Shown: positions 1 through 10,648 of the stretch, piece by piece | How positions within the stretch are numbered: the first letter of the stretch is position 1 | How the letters are laid out: the number at the start of each line of letters is the position of its first letter | From: Bacilli bacterium | GTDB taxonomy: Bacteria > Bacillota_I > Bacilli_A > RFN20 > DUOF01 | Direction of reading: 5' to 3' | Length of the DNA stretch: 64,000 nt | NCBI GenBank assembly: GCA_045118975.1 | Contig: JBGVCT010000016.1 | Span: forward strand, 28,199-92,198 | Translations under genes and position numbers: made by a program | Notes under the pieces: generated by a model | What the model was told of the DNA's origin: nothing | What the model saw: the letters and a program-made list of their open reading frames with translations, nothing else | Databases searched by the model: none

Positions 1-2
1 TT

Positions 3-1808
3 TCTGCCCTAACAAGTGCAATATATAGTGCTAGACAATTAATTGTTCACTATTCAGATTACAAATCATTTGATGATTTAGAAACTATTTCTAAGAACAT
101 TTTAGAAAAGTTTAATAAGGCATATCCAGCAGAAAAGGCTTATTTTGATAAACTATTAAAATTCCAAAATACAGGCGAACATAATGTTGTCATTAAAAAG
201 AGTAGTGATGTAGTATATGATGAATTCACTAAATCTTATTTGTTTAAAAAAGGTGATATTTCCATTTCAGTAAGTGCAAGTAAAGTTACTGTTATTAAAG
301 ATTTTAAAAAGAGAAAAGATTTAGCTTATATTGTTAATTGTGATAGCAATATGAATTATTTCTATGTAAATCCTGATTATGAAATGGAATATGTACAACT
401 AAAGGCGCCAAAAGAGTTACAAGATTTCTTTGTTAAGAACTTTAAGCCTCTTGCTATTGATTATTTAGGACACAAAGAGATGGCTAGAGATATACTTGAA
501 CATTTCTTTTCTGGAAGTTATAGCACAATTAAAACGCGTAATGTGCCTGGGAAAAATGAAAAAGAATTTTATACAGATACAAGTAAACTTTTAAGCGATT
601 TCTTTGATGAGGGTGTTGTTTATAAAGAGTTTTTAAATGGAAGATCATATATCAATAGAGGGGCTCCTGAAATTAGATATGATGACTATAGCGCTATTAA
701 AAATCAGGTTAGCGAATCATTGCTTGCTAATGTTTCAGAAAGAGATTTCTTCTTTATTAGAAAGAGTGAGGCAATGCTTAATGATATTGAAGATAGTATA
801 AGAAAATATGGACCATCTTTAGATTCAGAATTGCTTTCTAAAATGAAAATTTCTATGCTTATTAATTTTGTCGATCAAAGTGTAAAGAATTTATCTAATT
901 CGTTTATTCATGCACATCCTGATTTTGAAAAACTATATATAAGATTATTGGATTATAGAAATTTCTTTGCTCATAATATTTATCAATTAAAACCAGATTT
1001 GGGGACTAGAATTCTTGATGAGTTTATGGATGTATCTAAAGGATTTGTAGGAATTATATCTTCATTAAACATTGAAAAAATAACTAAACCTTTAGAAAAA
1101 GAAGAGAAAAGTTTCTTGGCTTTAGAAAAAGATCCTAAAAACTTTATAAACTTCAAATATGAACAATTTATTAGAGTGGATCCAGTAACCTATATTGGAG
1201 ATAAATTATATTACTCTACTAGAGGTAGTGAATATGAAAGGGTTATTGGTTTAATTCCTACTGATAAGCATGGAGATTATAGAGCTGCTTATTATGAAAA
1301 AAAAGAAGATACTTTTGTTGCTAAGACAATAAAAGGACAAGGTGGCAAAAAGAAAAAAGTATTTGTGACTCAAACAAATCTTTCAACTGGTGAAGATTTG
1401 ATGATGGATACTAATATAAGAGATTTATTATATATTAATGCGGCATATGCTCACAAATGTGGGGAACCAGAAGTATTAAAGAATCTTAGAAAAACTAGTA
1501 AGAAAATTATTGTATTTAGACCAAGTGAAGATAATAATTTCACAACTCACGCGGCTAGTTTAAATCATCTTATTTCTAACTATTATCAACAAAGATATTT
1601 GCCATATGAACTTGCAAGAAGAACACAAATTAACTTTGCATTAACAGAAAATAATGAAGGATATTTTGAAATTTTAGATTTAGATGGTAATGTTATAGCT
1701 GAAGTTGTTGATGAAAAATTATTTAGAAAATATGAGATGAAAAAAGATAGTAATCAAGTATTTACAGTTAGTACTATCCCATATGATTTTTCTAAGAAAA
1801 GAGGGTAA
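3..1808 (+). CDS. Large multi-HEPN (DUF86/HepT-like) domain protein, 5'-truncated by the window edge
   Basis: The frame of the 240..1808 ORF is open from position 3. RxxxxH motifs: RQLIVH (33-50) and RNFFAH (957-974). The second lies in a DUF86-like context (SVKNLSNSFIHAHPDF...DYRNFFAHNIY). Confidence 0.6.
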   Translation, partial: SALTSAIYSARQLIVHYSDYKSFDDLETISKNILEKFNKAYPAEKAYFDKLLKFQNTGEHNVVIKKSSDVVYDEFTKSYLFKKGDISISVSASKVTVIKDFKKRKDLAYIVNCDSNMNYFYVNPDYEMEYVQLKAPKELQDFFVKNFKPLAIDYLGHKEMARDILEHFFSGSYSTIKTRNVPGKNEKEFYTDTSKLLSDFFDEGVVYKEFLNGRSYINRGAPEIRYDDYSAIKNQVSESLLANVSERDFFFIRKSEAMLNDIEDSIRKYGPSLDSELLSKMKISMLINFVDQSVKNLSNSFIHAHPDFEKLYIRLLDYRNFFAHNIYQLKPDLGTRILDEFMDVSKGFVGIISSLNIEKITKPLEKEEKSFLALEKDPKNFINFKYEQFIRVDPVTYIGDKLYYSTRGSEYERVIGLIPTDKHGDYRAAYYEKKEDTFVAKTIKGQGGKKKKVFVTQTNLSTGEDLMMDTNIRDLLYINAAYAHKCGEPEVLKNLRKTSKKIIVFRPSEDNNFTTHAASLNHLISNYYQQRYLPYELARRTQINFALTENNEGYFEILDLDGNVIAEVVDEKLFRKYEMKKDSNQVFTVSTIPYDFSKKRG

Positions 1809-1811
1809 TGT

Positions 1812-2054
1812 ATGAATAAAACATTAATATCGCTATTAAAAATATATAACATCAATAAGGTTCTTGTTAGAAATGATGATATGGTTGATATTGTTATTTT
1901 AAATAGAGACAGAGTATTAAGTTTAAATGACTGGATCAATTTAAATATTGGGCTTAAATTAATGTATGGCAAGGAAGTTAATTATTTAAGTAAACAAGAT
2001 GCTATGTATATTTATAAGGATTTATCTTCATTTGAGGAGGTAAGTTATGAGTAG
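1812..2054 (+). CDS. Degenerate minimal nucleotidyltransferase (MNT)-like protein
   Basis: 80 aa. VDIVIL...SLNDWINLNIGLKLMYGKEVNYLS resembles the MNT C-terminal half, but the GS motif is absent. RBS GAGGG upstream. Confidence 0.45.
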   Translation: MNKTLISLLKIYNINKVLVRNDDMVDIVILNRDRVLSLNDWINLNIGLKLMYGKEVNYLSKQDAMYIYKDLSSFEEVSYE

Positions 2055-2376
2055 TATTGTTAATTTATATGTATATATGAATGCTAGCAATGAACTAGTG
2101 AAAAAGCTTGATAAAGTGAGTATTGATGAGTTTGTTAAAAGTGAAGATATGATTAGTGCGTATTTAGCTATATTTAAGGATCTAGTTAAGTATTTATTAT
2201 CATTAGAAGATATGTTTAATATTGCAGATGAACTTACAACTTTGAAAAAAGAAATATATGAAATAGATTCATTTGTAATGAATTCATATAAGATGGTAAA
2301 TGCTAATATGTTATATGATTTCTTCATGTTGGATTATAGAAGATTATTTAAAATAGTTAGTGAACTTGTAAAATAA
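2047..2376 (+). CDS. HEPN/DUF86-like helical protein lacking the RxxxxH motif
   Basis: 109 aa. Size and pattern resemble HepT (SIDEFVKSEDMISA...YKMVNANMLYDFFMLDYRRL). Overlaps the upstream gene; RBS GAGGAGG. Confidence 0.4.
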   Translation: MSSIVNLYVYMNASNELVKKLDKVSIDEFVKSEDMISAYLAIFKDLVKYLLSLEDMFNIADELTTLKKEIYEIDSFVMNSYKMVNANMLYDFFMLDYRRLFKIVSELVK

Positions 2377-2397
2377 GGGGATATATCCCCTTTTTTT
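2375..2397 (+). terminator. Intrinsic terminator
   Basis: AAGGGG-ATATAT-CCCCTT hairpin followed by a T-run. Confidence 0.75.
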
Positions 2398-2438
2398 CAT
2401 ATATTTATTTTTAAATCATAAACTTAATTGGTGATATT

Positions 2439-2645
2439 ATGTTTGAATATAGTAATAATGTTTTGATCATTAGTGGCTTTAAAGATATTAAATATATTGA
2501 TGATAATAAAATAGAGGTTGTTTATGCTCGTAAAAGGATTATTGTTTTGGGAAAAATGTTAAAAGCAAGTAATCTTCTTGATTGTAGTCTAGAGCTAAGA
2601 GGGATTATAGAGAGCATTAATCAGGAGTATTTTGATAATGATTAG
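2439..2645 (+). CDS. yqfC: YabP/YqfC family sporulation protein
   Basis: Short beta-rich protein ending in LELRGIIESI, directly upstream of a yqfD-like gene as in Bacillus. Confidence 0.65.
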   Translation: MFEYSNNVLIISGFKDIKYIDDNKIEVVYARKRIIVLGKMLKASNLLDCSLELRGIIESINQEYFDND

Positions 2646-3555
2646 TTATGATATCTATTTATTTCATTATTCTTCATTATCTACACTTTTAAAAGTTATG
2701 AATTATTTTAATATTCCAGTTAAAAAATATTATGAATATGGCAAAGATTATTATCTTAAAATACCAAGAAAATATAGAAGATTAGTAAAAGATAAATTTG
2801 TGGAAGTTCATATTGTAGATGGTGTGGGAGTTATTAATTTTATAGAGAGATTAATGCTTAAACCTATAACTCTTGTTTCTTTAATTTTGTCTATTTTTTT
2901 ATTTATGAATTTATCATCAAGACTATATGATATAAGTTTTAATGGGGATTATCCTTATATTGAAAAGGAAATTGTTAATAGTTTAAAAGAATATGAATTA
3001 TATAAGTGGGGATATTTTGTTGATGAAGAGAAATTAGATGATATTGAGGGGTTATTGAAAGAAAAATATAATAATGATTTAGAATCTTTAGATTTATATA
3101 AAAGGGGAAATAAATTAATTGTTAATTATAAAAAAAGAAGAAAGATAAATGATTTAGAAGAAAATAAAGGGAGTTTATATGCAAGTAAAGATGGGGTTAT
3201 TGCTTCATTTGATGTTATAAAAGGTGTCAAGGTAGTAAAGGTTAATGATTTTGTTAGAAAAGGAGATTTACTTGTTAGTGAGATAGTTATAAATAATAAA
3301 GATGAGGGTGTTAGTGTTGGGGGAAGAGGGAGTGTATATGCTTACACTTACTATTTTATTGAAGTGAATGATACTTATAAAAAAAGCGATGAAGTAGAGG
3401 TATATTCAACGCTTTTAGATAAGGCTAGAAAAGAGGTTTCTAAAAATATCAATAGTGATAGAGAGTATATAAAAGAGGAAAATGTTTTAGTGTGTGATTT
3501 AAGCAACCAATATTTAAAAATTTATTATGTTTTATATGAAGATATTACAATTTAG
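2632..3555 (+). CDS. yqfD: Sporulation protein YqfD (shortened)
   Basis: One TM segment, then ASKDGVI..FDVIKG..VVKVNDFVRKGDLLVS, typical of YqfD. Confidence 0.75.
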   Translation: MIMISYDIYLFHYSSLSTLLKVMNYFNIPVKKYYEYGKDYYLKIPRKYRRLVKDKFVEVHIVDGVGVINFIERLMLKPITLVSLILSIFLFMNLSSRLYDISFNGDYPYIEKEIVNSLKEYELYKWGYFVDEEKLDDIEGLLKEKYNNDLESLDLYKRGNKLIVNYKKRRKINDLEENKGSLYASKDGVIASFDVIKGVKVVKVNDFVRKGDLLVSEIVINNKDEGVSVGGRGSVYAYTYYFIEVNDTYKKSDEVEVYSTLLDKARKEVSKNINSDREYIKEENVLVCDLSNQYLKIYYVLYEDITI

Positions 3556-4474
3556 AGTAATATCTTTTTATTTTGTTTATAAATGGGAGGGTTATGATAA
3601 CTCCTAGTAAGTTGAATAGGATATTGATTATAGCGATTGATATAGCAGGTGTAGCGTTTGTGATATCTATAACTAGATTTATAAGTGTGGTGAATGGAAA
3701 AATAAAAATAGAAAAAATGATGGTTGTTAAAATATTAAATGTTATTGAAAAGTGAGAGAGTTTTTTTGCTTCTTTATTGCTTGAAAAGAAGGTTATTAGG
3801 GCATCAAAACTTGTGCCAATATTTGCTCCAAATATTAAAGGTATTGCCTGAATTGGGGTAATTATAGATGAGGTGGCAAATATTTGTAAAAGTGCTACAA
3901 ATAGGCTAGAAGATTGTAAGGCTATAGTTATAAGTGTTCCTATTAAAATACTTAAAAAGAAGTTATCTGTGGCGCGTTTTATATAAAGTGGAATAATTGG
4001 GCTATCTTTTAATGAAATTAAAGAAAAAGAGATTAAAAACACAGAAAAAAATAGTAATGAAACATAGAAAGTTGTTTTTGAAATATTAGCTATTTTGGGG
4101 TTTTTTGAATTAGAAAAGATAAATGATATAAGAAGGAAAAAAGGAGATATTTTTTCTAAGTTAAGACCAATAAAAAAAGAGGATATAGTGGTGGCAATAT
4201 TACTTCCAAGAACTATTCCTATACTTTGATTAAATGATAGAATATTTGAATTTATTAAAGTTATGGTAAGCATAATAAGTGCTGAACTGGATTGAATAAT
4301 TAATGTAGAAAAGAATCCTGTAAATAGGGATTTTTGAAAAGATGAAGTCAACTTTTTTAGGCTGTTTTGTATTTTAAAAAGAGAAGATTTTATAAGGCTT
4401 TTTGATAAGGATTCTAAAGAAAATACAAATAAGGATAGACCACCAAGTAATAGAGTAATATTCACATGTTTCAC
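3545..4474 (-). CDS. Na/Pi cotransporter family protein
   Basis: Hydrophobic, with repeated QSSS and G(S/A)NI(A/G)T motifs. Confidence 0.85.
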   Translation of the reverse strand: MKHVNITLLLGGLSLFVFSLESLSKSLIKSSLFKIQNSLKKLTSSFQKSLFTGFFSTLIIQSSSALIMLTITLINSNILSFNQSIGIVLGSNIATTISSFFIGLNLEKISPFFLLISFIFSNSKNPKIANISKTTFYVSLLFFSVFLISFSLISLKDSPIIPLYIKRATDNFFLSILIGTLITIALQSSSLFVALLQIFATSSIITPIQAIPLIFGANIGTSFDALITFFSSNKEAKKLSHFSITFNILTTIIFSIFIFPFTTLINLVIDITNATPAISIAIINILFNLLGVIITLPFINKIKRYYSKL

Positions 4475-4539
4475 CAGTTAATTATACTTATTAAGGGATT
4501 TTTTTAGACTAATAGTAATGGTATTTTAGAGGTGATATT

Positions 4540-4911
4540 ATGATTAATTTTTATTATTTGATTAATTTCTTAGAATGTGGGCACTTTTGTATTAAATATT
4601 ATTTGAAAAAGGATAAGAAAAAAGTGAAGAATGTTTATGATAAAACAATGATGTCGCTTAGGCTTGTGAGGAATGTTTTGAAGGAATACTATGGGGATGT
4701 TATTTGGTATAAAAATGTGAATCTAGATGAAGTGAATTTTAGGTGTATAAGTTTAATTAAAGTTGGTAAAAAGGGGCTTCATTATGTGGTTATTGAAAAG
4801 GTAAGAGATGGCTATGTTTATTTTTATGATCCTCTGTTTATCTTTTTAAGAAAGATGAAAAAGGAAAGGTTTAAGGAAAAATGGAGTAATTTAGTGTGTA
4901 AATGTTATTAA
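4540..4911 (+). CDS. Stand-alone peptidase C39-like domain protein
   Basis: ECGHFC, LHYVVI and YFYDP motifs; C-terminal FKEKWS. Confidence 0.7.
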   Translation: MINFYYLINFLECGHFCIKYYLKKDKKKVKNVYDKTMMSLRLVRNVLKEYYGDVIWYKNVNLDEVNFRCISLIKVGKKGLHYVVIEKVRDGYVYFYDPLFIFLRKMKKERFKEKWSNLVCKCY

Positions 4912-4974
4912 AAATAGTAATTGTTAACATAGTTAACATTTACATATTTTTCTTGTGTGGTATAATATCATTGG

Positions 4975-5460
4975 GTGTTTGTCATGAATAAAATTGATAT
5001 TATTAACAAAGTTAAAGGATTAGATATAAAAGGTTATCGTAAAGATTTCAAAGAAATCTTAAAGGAAACTATTCGAGTTTTGGAAATAGAAAATGATGTT
5101 TCACTTAGTTTGACTATTTGTCTTAGTGATTATATTCATGGGTTAAACAAAGAATATAGAAATATAGATAGAGAAACAGATGTCTTATCATTTGCAATTG
5201 AAGATGGTATGGATGAGGATGATATTTTGGATATGATTGATTTTGCAGGAGTTAGAGAAATTGGCGATATCATAATCAATCTTGATAGAGTGAAGTCTCA
5301 AGCTAGTGAGTATGGTCATAGCGAGAGAAGGGAAATGTGTTTTTTATTCACTCATGGGTTATTACATCTTTTAGGCTATGATCACATGGAAAAAGAAGAT
5401 GAAGAAGAAATGTTTGGGTTACAAAATGTTATTTTAGGTAATCTTGAGATAAATAGATAG
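4975..5460 (+). CDS. ybeY: rRNA maturation endoribonuclease YbeY
   Basis: TDVLSF and HGLLHLLGYDH motifs. Start may be ATG 4984. Confidence 0.95.
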   Translation: MFVMNKIDIINKVKGLDIKGYRKDFKEILKETIRVLEIENDVSLSLTICLSDYIHGLNKEYRNIDRETDVLSFAIEDGMDEDDILDMIDFAGVREIGDIIINLDRVKSQASEYGHSERREMCFLFTHGLLHLLGYDHMEKEDEEEMFGLQNVILGNLEINR

Positions 5461-5470
5461 GAGAATTGAA

Positions 5471-5881
5471 ATGAAGCAAGAATTAAAAGAAAAAATGTTA
5501 AGAGAAGCAGTTTTAGTTAAAGTTAATTCATATTCGCCATATTCTAAATTTAGAGTAGGAGCTTGCGTTGCTACTAAGAGTGGAGAATTAATTTGTGGAG
5601 TAAATGTTGAATCTGCTTCTTATCCATGCGGGATATGTGCTGAAAGAAGTGCTCTTAGTGCGGCATATTCAAAAGGATATAAAAAAGATGATATAGTTGC
5701 TATTGCAATAAGTGGAGATAGTAAAGAGTTTATTAGTCCATGTGGGATGTGTAGACAAGTTATAAGTGAACTTATGCCATCTAATGCAACTGTTTATCTT
5801 TTGAATTCTAAGCAAGAAGTAAAAGAGGTAAAGGTAAAACAATTATTGCCATTTGCTTTTACTCTAAAGGAGGATAAATAA
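5471..5881 (+). CDS. cdd: Cytidine deaminase
   Basis: YSPYSKFRVGA, CAERSA and PCGMCRQ motifs. Confidence 0.95.
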   Translation: MKQELKEKMLREAVLVKVNSYSPYSKFRVGACVATKSGELICGVNVESASYPCGICAERSALSAAYSKGYKKDDIVAIAISGDSKEFISPCGMCRQVISELMPSNATVYLLNSKQEVKEVKVKQLLPFAFTLKEDK

Positions 5882-6768
5882 TGTTTAAGTCAGGATTTGT
5901 TGCAATCGTTGGAAAACCTAATGCAGGCAAATCTACTTTAATGAATAACATTATTAAGCATAAAATTGCTATTACCTCACCTAAGGCACAGACAACTAGA
6001 AATAAGATTGAAGGAATTTACAATGATGAGAGAATGCAAGTAATATTTATCGATACTCCAGGTATTCATAAAAGTACTACTAAGTTAGGTGTTGAGTTAA
6101 ACAAAATGGCATTTTCTTCGACTAGAGATGTAGAGCTTACACTTCTTATTGTAGATGCTTCAAAAAGATGTGATGAGTTAGATGATAAGGTTTTAGAAAA
6201 ACTTAAAACTGTTAAATCACCAATTGTCCTAGTTTTAAATAAGATAGATGTGCTTAATAAAGAACAACTTATAAAGAAAACATTAGAGTGGAATAAGAAG
6301 GGGGATTTTGCTGCCATTGTTCCAATTAGTGCTTTGAAGAGTGATAATGTTGAAGAATTAAAAAATGTTATTTATGAATATTTGCCTGAGGGACCAATGT
6401 ATTATGATAGCGATGCAATCTGCTCTTATCCAGAAAGGTTCCTAGTTAGTGAATTAATAAGAGAGAAGATTTTATTCTTTACTCAAGAAGAAATTCCTCA
6501 TTCAGTTGCTGTTGTAACTGATTCGATGAAGAAAAAGGGAGACACTTATATAGTTAATGCTACTATTATTGTTGATAGAGATTCTAAAAAAGGAATCATT
6601 ATTGGAAAAGGCGGAAGCATGCTTAAAAAGATAGGTGTTGCTGCAAGAGCTACAATTGAAGATTTATTGGGATATAAAATTTATTTAGAATTATTTGTTC
6701 GTGTTGAAAAGGATTGGAAGAATTCTAATAGATATCTTAAAGAATTTGGATATAAAAATGAGGATTAA
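5881..6768 (+). CDS. era: GTPase Era
   Basis: GKPNAGKST, DTPG, NKID and KH-domain IIGKGG. Confidence 0.97.
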   Translation: MFKSGFVAIVGKPNAGKSTLMNNIIKHKIAITSPKAQTTRNKIEGIYNDERMQVIFIDTPGIHKSTTKLGVELNKMAFSSTRDVELTLLIVDASKRCDELDDKVLEKLKTVKSPIVLVLNKIDVLNKEQLIKKTLEWNKKGDFAAIVPISALKSDNVEELKNVIYEYLPEGPMYYDSDAICSYPERFLVSELIREKILFFTQEEIPHSVAVVTDSMKKKGDTYIVNATIIVDRDSKKGIIIGKGGSMLKKIGVAARATIEDLLGYKIYLELFVRVEKDWKNSNRYLKEFGYKNED

Positions 6769-6771
6769 GAT

Positions 6772-7491
6772 ATGAAGAATAAGTTTTGTGGATATGTTAT
6801 AGATAGTGTGGATTATAAAGATAATGATTCAATTGTTACTATTTTGTGTGAAGATGGTCTTGTTTCTTTAAAGGCAAGAGGGGCAAAGAAGATAACTTCA
6901 AAGATGAATTCAGTGTTATTTAATTATGCATATAGTGAATTTGAAGTTAATAAGAGTGAAAAGAGTGGGTATCTTACTCTTTTGGATGGTACTTTACTTA
7001 ATTATCCTAACTTTGTAATTAATAGTTTAGATTATTTAACTATTATGGGAATTGTTAGTGAGGGAATTAATAAATGTAAAGACAATGAAAATCTATATAC
7101 TTCATTTAAAGATTGTTTGTCTTTAATGGAAAATGGAGTAAATAGTAAGGTTCTTATAGTGGCATTTTTAAACTTTATGTTAGAGAGTGAAGGTGCTAAG
7201 TATGAGGGAGATAAGTGTGTATCTTGTTTAGATAAAAAAGTTAGTTCTTTCTCATTTGAGATGGGTGGCTTTTTGTGTAATAAGTGTAGTCATATTAGTG
7301 AAGATGTTTCTTATTTAAAAACAATGAGAATATTAACTAAGATTAATTTAAAAAATGCTTTAAAAATAACTGAAACTAATGCAAATTATGATATTTATAT
7401 TGGACATGCATTTGAGTCATTAGAAAATAAGTGTGGTATATATTTTAAAGGAAAAGATTTTTTACTTAAAGTACTAAAAATGGAGGGTTAA
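6772..7491 (+). CDS. recO: DNA repair protein RecO
   Basis: N-terminal OB fold (KARGAKK), CxxC...GGFLCxxC zinc finger, era-recO synteny. Confidence 0.9.
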   Translation: MKNKFCGYVIDSVDYKDNDSIVTILCEDGLVSLKARGAKKITSKMNSVLFNYAYSEFEVNKSEKSGYLTLLDGTLLNYPNFVINSLDYLTIMGIVSEGINKCKDNENLYTSFKDCLSLMENGVNSKVLIVAFLNFMLESEGAKYEGDKCVSCLDKKVSSFSFEMGGFLCNKCSHISEDVSYLKTMRILTKINLKNALKITETNANYDIYIGHAFESLENKCGIYFKGKDFLLKVLKMEG

Positions 7492-7493
7492 AG

Positions 7494-8867
7494 ATGAGTG
7501 AATATAGTTTTGAAAAAGTAGTAAATCATGTAAAGGTTAGTGGATTTGTATATCCAGGTAGTGAGATTTATAATGGTCTTGCTAATGCTTGGGATTATGG
7601 ACCTTTAGGAGTTGAATTAAAGAACAATTTAAAGAAGTTATGGTGGAAGAAATTTGTACAAGAAAATCCTTATAATGTTGGTTTGGATAGTGCTATTTTA
7701 ATGAATCCAACAGTTTGGAAAGCTAGTGGACACCTTGCAACATTTAGCGATCCACTTATGGATTGTAAAAATTGTAAAACTAGACATAGAGCAGATAAGT
7801 TAGTTGAAGAGCATGATAGTAGTGTAAATGCTGGAGAAATGTCTGATGAAGATTTATTCAATTACATTAAAGACAATAAGATTGCTTGTCCTAATTGTGG
7901 TAGTCATGATTTTAGTGATATTCGTAAGTTTAATCTTATGTATAAGACATACCAAGGTGTATTAGAGGATGCAAAAAGTGTTGTTTATTTAAGACCTGAA
8001 ACAGCACAAGGTATCTTTGTTAACTTTAAAAATATTCAAAGAACAACTAGAAAGAAACTTCCTTTTGGTGTTGCTCAAATTGGTAAGAGTTTTAGAAATG
8101 AGATTACTCCTGGTAACTTCATTTTCAGAATTAGAGAGTTTGAACAAATGGAATTAGAATTCTTTTGCAAACCTGGTGAAGATTTGAAATGGTATGCTTA
8201 TTGGAAAGACTATTGTTTCAATTTTGTTAAGGCGCTAGGAGTAAAAGAAGAGAACTTAAGATTAAGAGAGCACTCTCCAGAAGAATTATGTTTCTATTCT
8301 AAGGGAACTTGTGATATTGAATATAAATTCCCATTTGGTTGGGGTGAGTTATGGGGTATTGCAGATAGAACAGATTATGACTTAACTCAACATACAAAGT
8401 TTAGTGGAACTAATTTAGATTATATTGATCCTAGTGATAATTCTAGATTTACTCCATATTGTGTAGAACCTAGTTTAGGTGCTGATAGATTGGCTCTTCT
8501 TGTTATGTGTGAAGCATATAGCGAAGAAGTGGTAAATGAAAATGATACTAGAATAGTTATGCATCTTCATCCAAATATTGCTCCATATAAGGCATGTATT
8601 TGTCCTTTAAGCAAGCAATTAAGCGATAAGGCTATGGAAGTATATAGTTTACTTGCTAAAGATTTCATGGTTGAATACGATGATGCAGGAAGTATTGGAA
8701 AAAGATATAGAAGACAAGATGCTATTGGAACTCCAATGTGTATCACTATCGATTTTGAAACTGAAAATGATGGTTCTGTAACTATTAGAGATAGAGATAC
8801 TATGGAACAAGTAAGAGTTAAAATAGAGGATTTAAAAGCTTATATTGAAGAAAAAATTAGATTATAA
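7494..8867 (+). CDS. glyQS: Glycine--tRNA ligase (alpha2 type)
   Basis: [24 protein letters not shown] and [10 protein letters not shown] motifs. Confidence 0.97.
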   Translation: MSEYSFEKVVNHVKVSGFVYPGSEIYNGLANAWDYGPLGVELKNNLKKLWWKKFVQENPYNVGLDSAILMNPTVWKASGHLATFSDPLMDCKNCKTRHRADKLVEEHDSSVNAGEMSDEDLFNYIKDNKIACPNCGSHDFSDIRKFNLMYKTYQGVLEDAKSVVYLRPETAQGIFVNFKNIQRTTRKKLPFGVAQIGKSFRNEITPGNFIFRIREFEQMELEFFCKPGEDLKWYAYWKDYCFNFVKALGVKEENLRLREHSPEELCFYSKGTCDIEYKFPFGWGELWGIADRTDYDLTQHTKFSGTNLDYIDPSDNSRFTPYCVEPSLGADRLALLVMCEAYSEEVVNENDTRIVMHLHPNIAPYKACICPLSKQLSDKAMEVYSLLAKDFMVEYDDAGSIGKRYRRQDAIGTPMCITIDFETENDGSVTIRDRDTMEQVRVKIEDLKAYIEEKIRL

Positions 8868-8878
8868 AAAGAAAGTAG

Positions 8879-10648
8879 GTGAAAAGGATGAGGCTTGATG
8901 ATAGAGTTATTGAAGAAATAAAAAACAAAGCCAATATTGTTGATGTTATTTCAAGATACATAAATGTCATTAAAAAAGGTAATAACTATCTAGCTATTTG
9001 TCCTTTTCATAATGATAGTAATCCAAGTATGAATATTAGCGAGAGTAAGCAAATATATAAGTGCTTCTCGTGTGGTGCTGGAGGTAATGTGTTTACCTTT
9101 GTCAGTGAATATGAAAAAGTTGGTTTTATTGAAGCGGTTAGTAAAGTTGCTAATATGATTGGATATGATTTATCAGGATATGAAATAGATACTCCAAAAG
9201 TTGATACAAAAAAAGATAAATTACTTAGATTGGTAAAAGATACAATGGAGTTCTATAATTACAATTTGCTTAACTCAGATAATGAGGGAATAAAGTATCT
9301 TAGTGAAAGAGGAATTACAATTGATGTCATTGATAACTTTAAGTTAGGATATGCCCCAAGTGATTCTAGTAAAACACTTAGGTATCTAACTAAAAAAGGT
9401 TATACAGTTGAAGAAATTGTGGAGGCTGGTATTGGTATAAATAATAATGGTTTCCTTGATAGATTTGCTTCAAGAGTAGTGTTCCCAATTACTGATTTAA
9501 ATGGCAATGTAGTGGCGTTTAGTGGTAGAAGAATTGATGATAGTAAAACAAGTAAATACATCAATAGTAATGAGAATATTTTGTTTAACAAGAGTGAATG
9601 TTTATATAACTTTTATGAGGCAAAAAATTATGTATTGCAAACAAAGAAAATATATATTGTAGAGGGCTTTATGGATACCATAGCTCTATACAAAGCAAAT
9701 GTAAAAAATGTGGTTGCTACAATGGGTGTAAATTTATCTAGCAAACACATAAGAGCAATTGAAAAACTTAATGCTGAAGTTATCTTTTCTCTAGATAGTG
9801 ATGAAGCGGGGCAAAGTTCAATGTTTAAGTTAGTAGAATCATTAAAAGAAGCCAATTTAAATGTTAGGGTTACTAATGTTAGTGAAAATGGTAAAGATTT
9901 AGATGAGATTTATAATTTAGAGGGTTCTAAGGGAGTTAATGAATTCATAAATAACACCATGACTATTCCTGAATTTAAGGTAAGTTATAAACTTGCTAGA
10001 ACAAATCTCAATAATTATATTGAGCGTAGTAATTTGATTAAATATGTTGCTGAAGTTGCAGATAAGGAAATAAGAAATAAAATTGAAAAAGAGAACTTTA
10101 TTATCATGGCTAGTAAAAAAATAGGCTGTGATAAGACCCTTATTAGTGAAAACGTTGACAACTTGAAAAGAAAAGTAGTAAAATCCTTAAGTGATATAGA
10201 AGCGAAAAATAATAACAAACGTTATTATAAGGCAGAAATAGAGATTATAAAGCAAATGCTACACAACAAGGATGCTACATATTATTACATCACATATCTA
10301 GGCTATTTACTTGATAACACTCATAGAAACATTGCTACATATATCGTGAACTACTATTACAGTGGAAAAGATTGGGATGGTAAAAAAATCTTAGATTCAA
10401 TAGTTGAAGTTGATATCAAAGAGGCGGCTAGCAAGATCTTTAATGATGATGGGTTGGCTAAGAAATTTGAAAAAAGCGTGTTTGATGTAATTAAAGTGCA
10501 GCAACCTTTAGAGATTCAACTTAATGATCTTATAAAACAAAGAGAAGAAACGATGGATTTAAGAGAAAAAGCTATGATTACTAGGGAAATAGGTAAAGTA
10601 AAGAAACAACTTAGTGATAGTAAAAGAGCTTCAAAGGAGGACAATTAA
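8879..10648 (+). CDS. dnaG: DNA primase
   Basis: CPFHND...CFSCGAGG zinc finger, EGFMD TOPRIM, DSDEAG. Confidence 0.96.
   Translation: MKRMRLDDRVIEEIKNKANIVDVISRYINVIKKGNNYLAICPFHNDSNPSMNISESKQIYKCFSCGAGGNVFTFVSEYEKVGFIEAVSKVANMIGYDLSGYEIDTPKVDTKKDKLLRLVKDTMEFYNYNLLNSDNEGIKYLSERGITIDVIDNFKLGYAPSDSSKTLRYLTKKGYTVEEIVEAGIGINNNGFLDRFASRVVFPITDLNGNVVAFSGRRIDDSKTSKYINSNENILFNKSECLYNFYEAKNYVLQTKKIYIVEGFMDTIALYKANVKNVVATMGVNLSSKHIRAIEKLNAEVIFSLDSDEAGQSSMFKLVESLKEANLNVRVTNVSENGKDLDEIYNLEGSKGVNEFINNTMTIPEFKVSYKLARTNLNNYIERSNLIKYVAEVADKEIRNKIEKENFIIMASKKIGCDKTLISENVDNLKRKVVKSLSDIEAKNNNKRYYKAEIEIIKQMLHNKDATYYYITYLGYLLDNTHRNIATYIVNYYYSGKDWDGKKILDSIVEVDIKEAASKIFNDDGLAKKFEKSVFDVIKVQQPLEIQLNDLIKQREETMDLREKAMITREIGKVKKQLSDSKRASKEDN

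Noticed and set aside
3-1808. Cas13 (two HEPN motifs)
   Set aside because: No CRISPR array or cas genes in the window, the second motif is ~280 aa from the C-terminus, and its context is DUF86-like. The upstream sequence is not visible, so this is not fully excluded.
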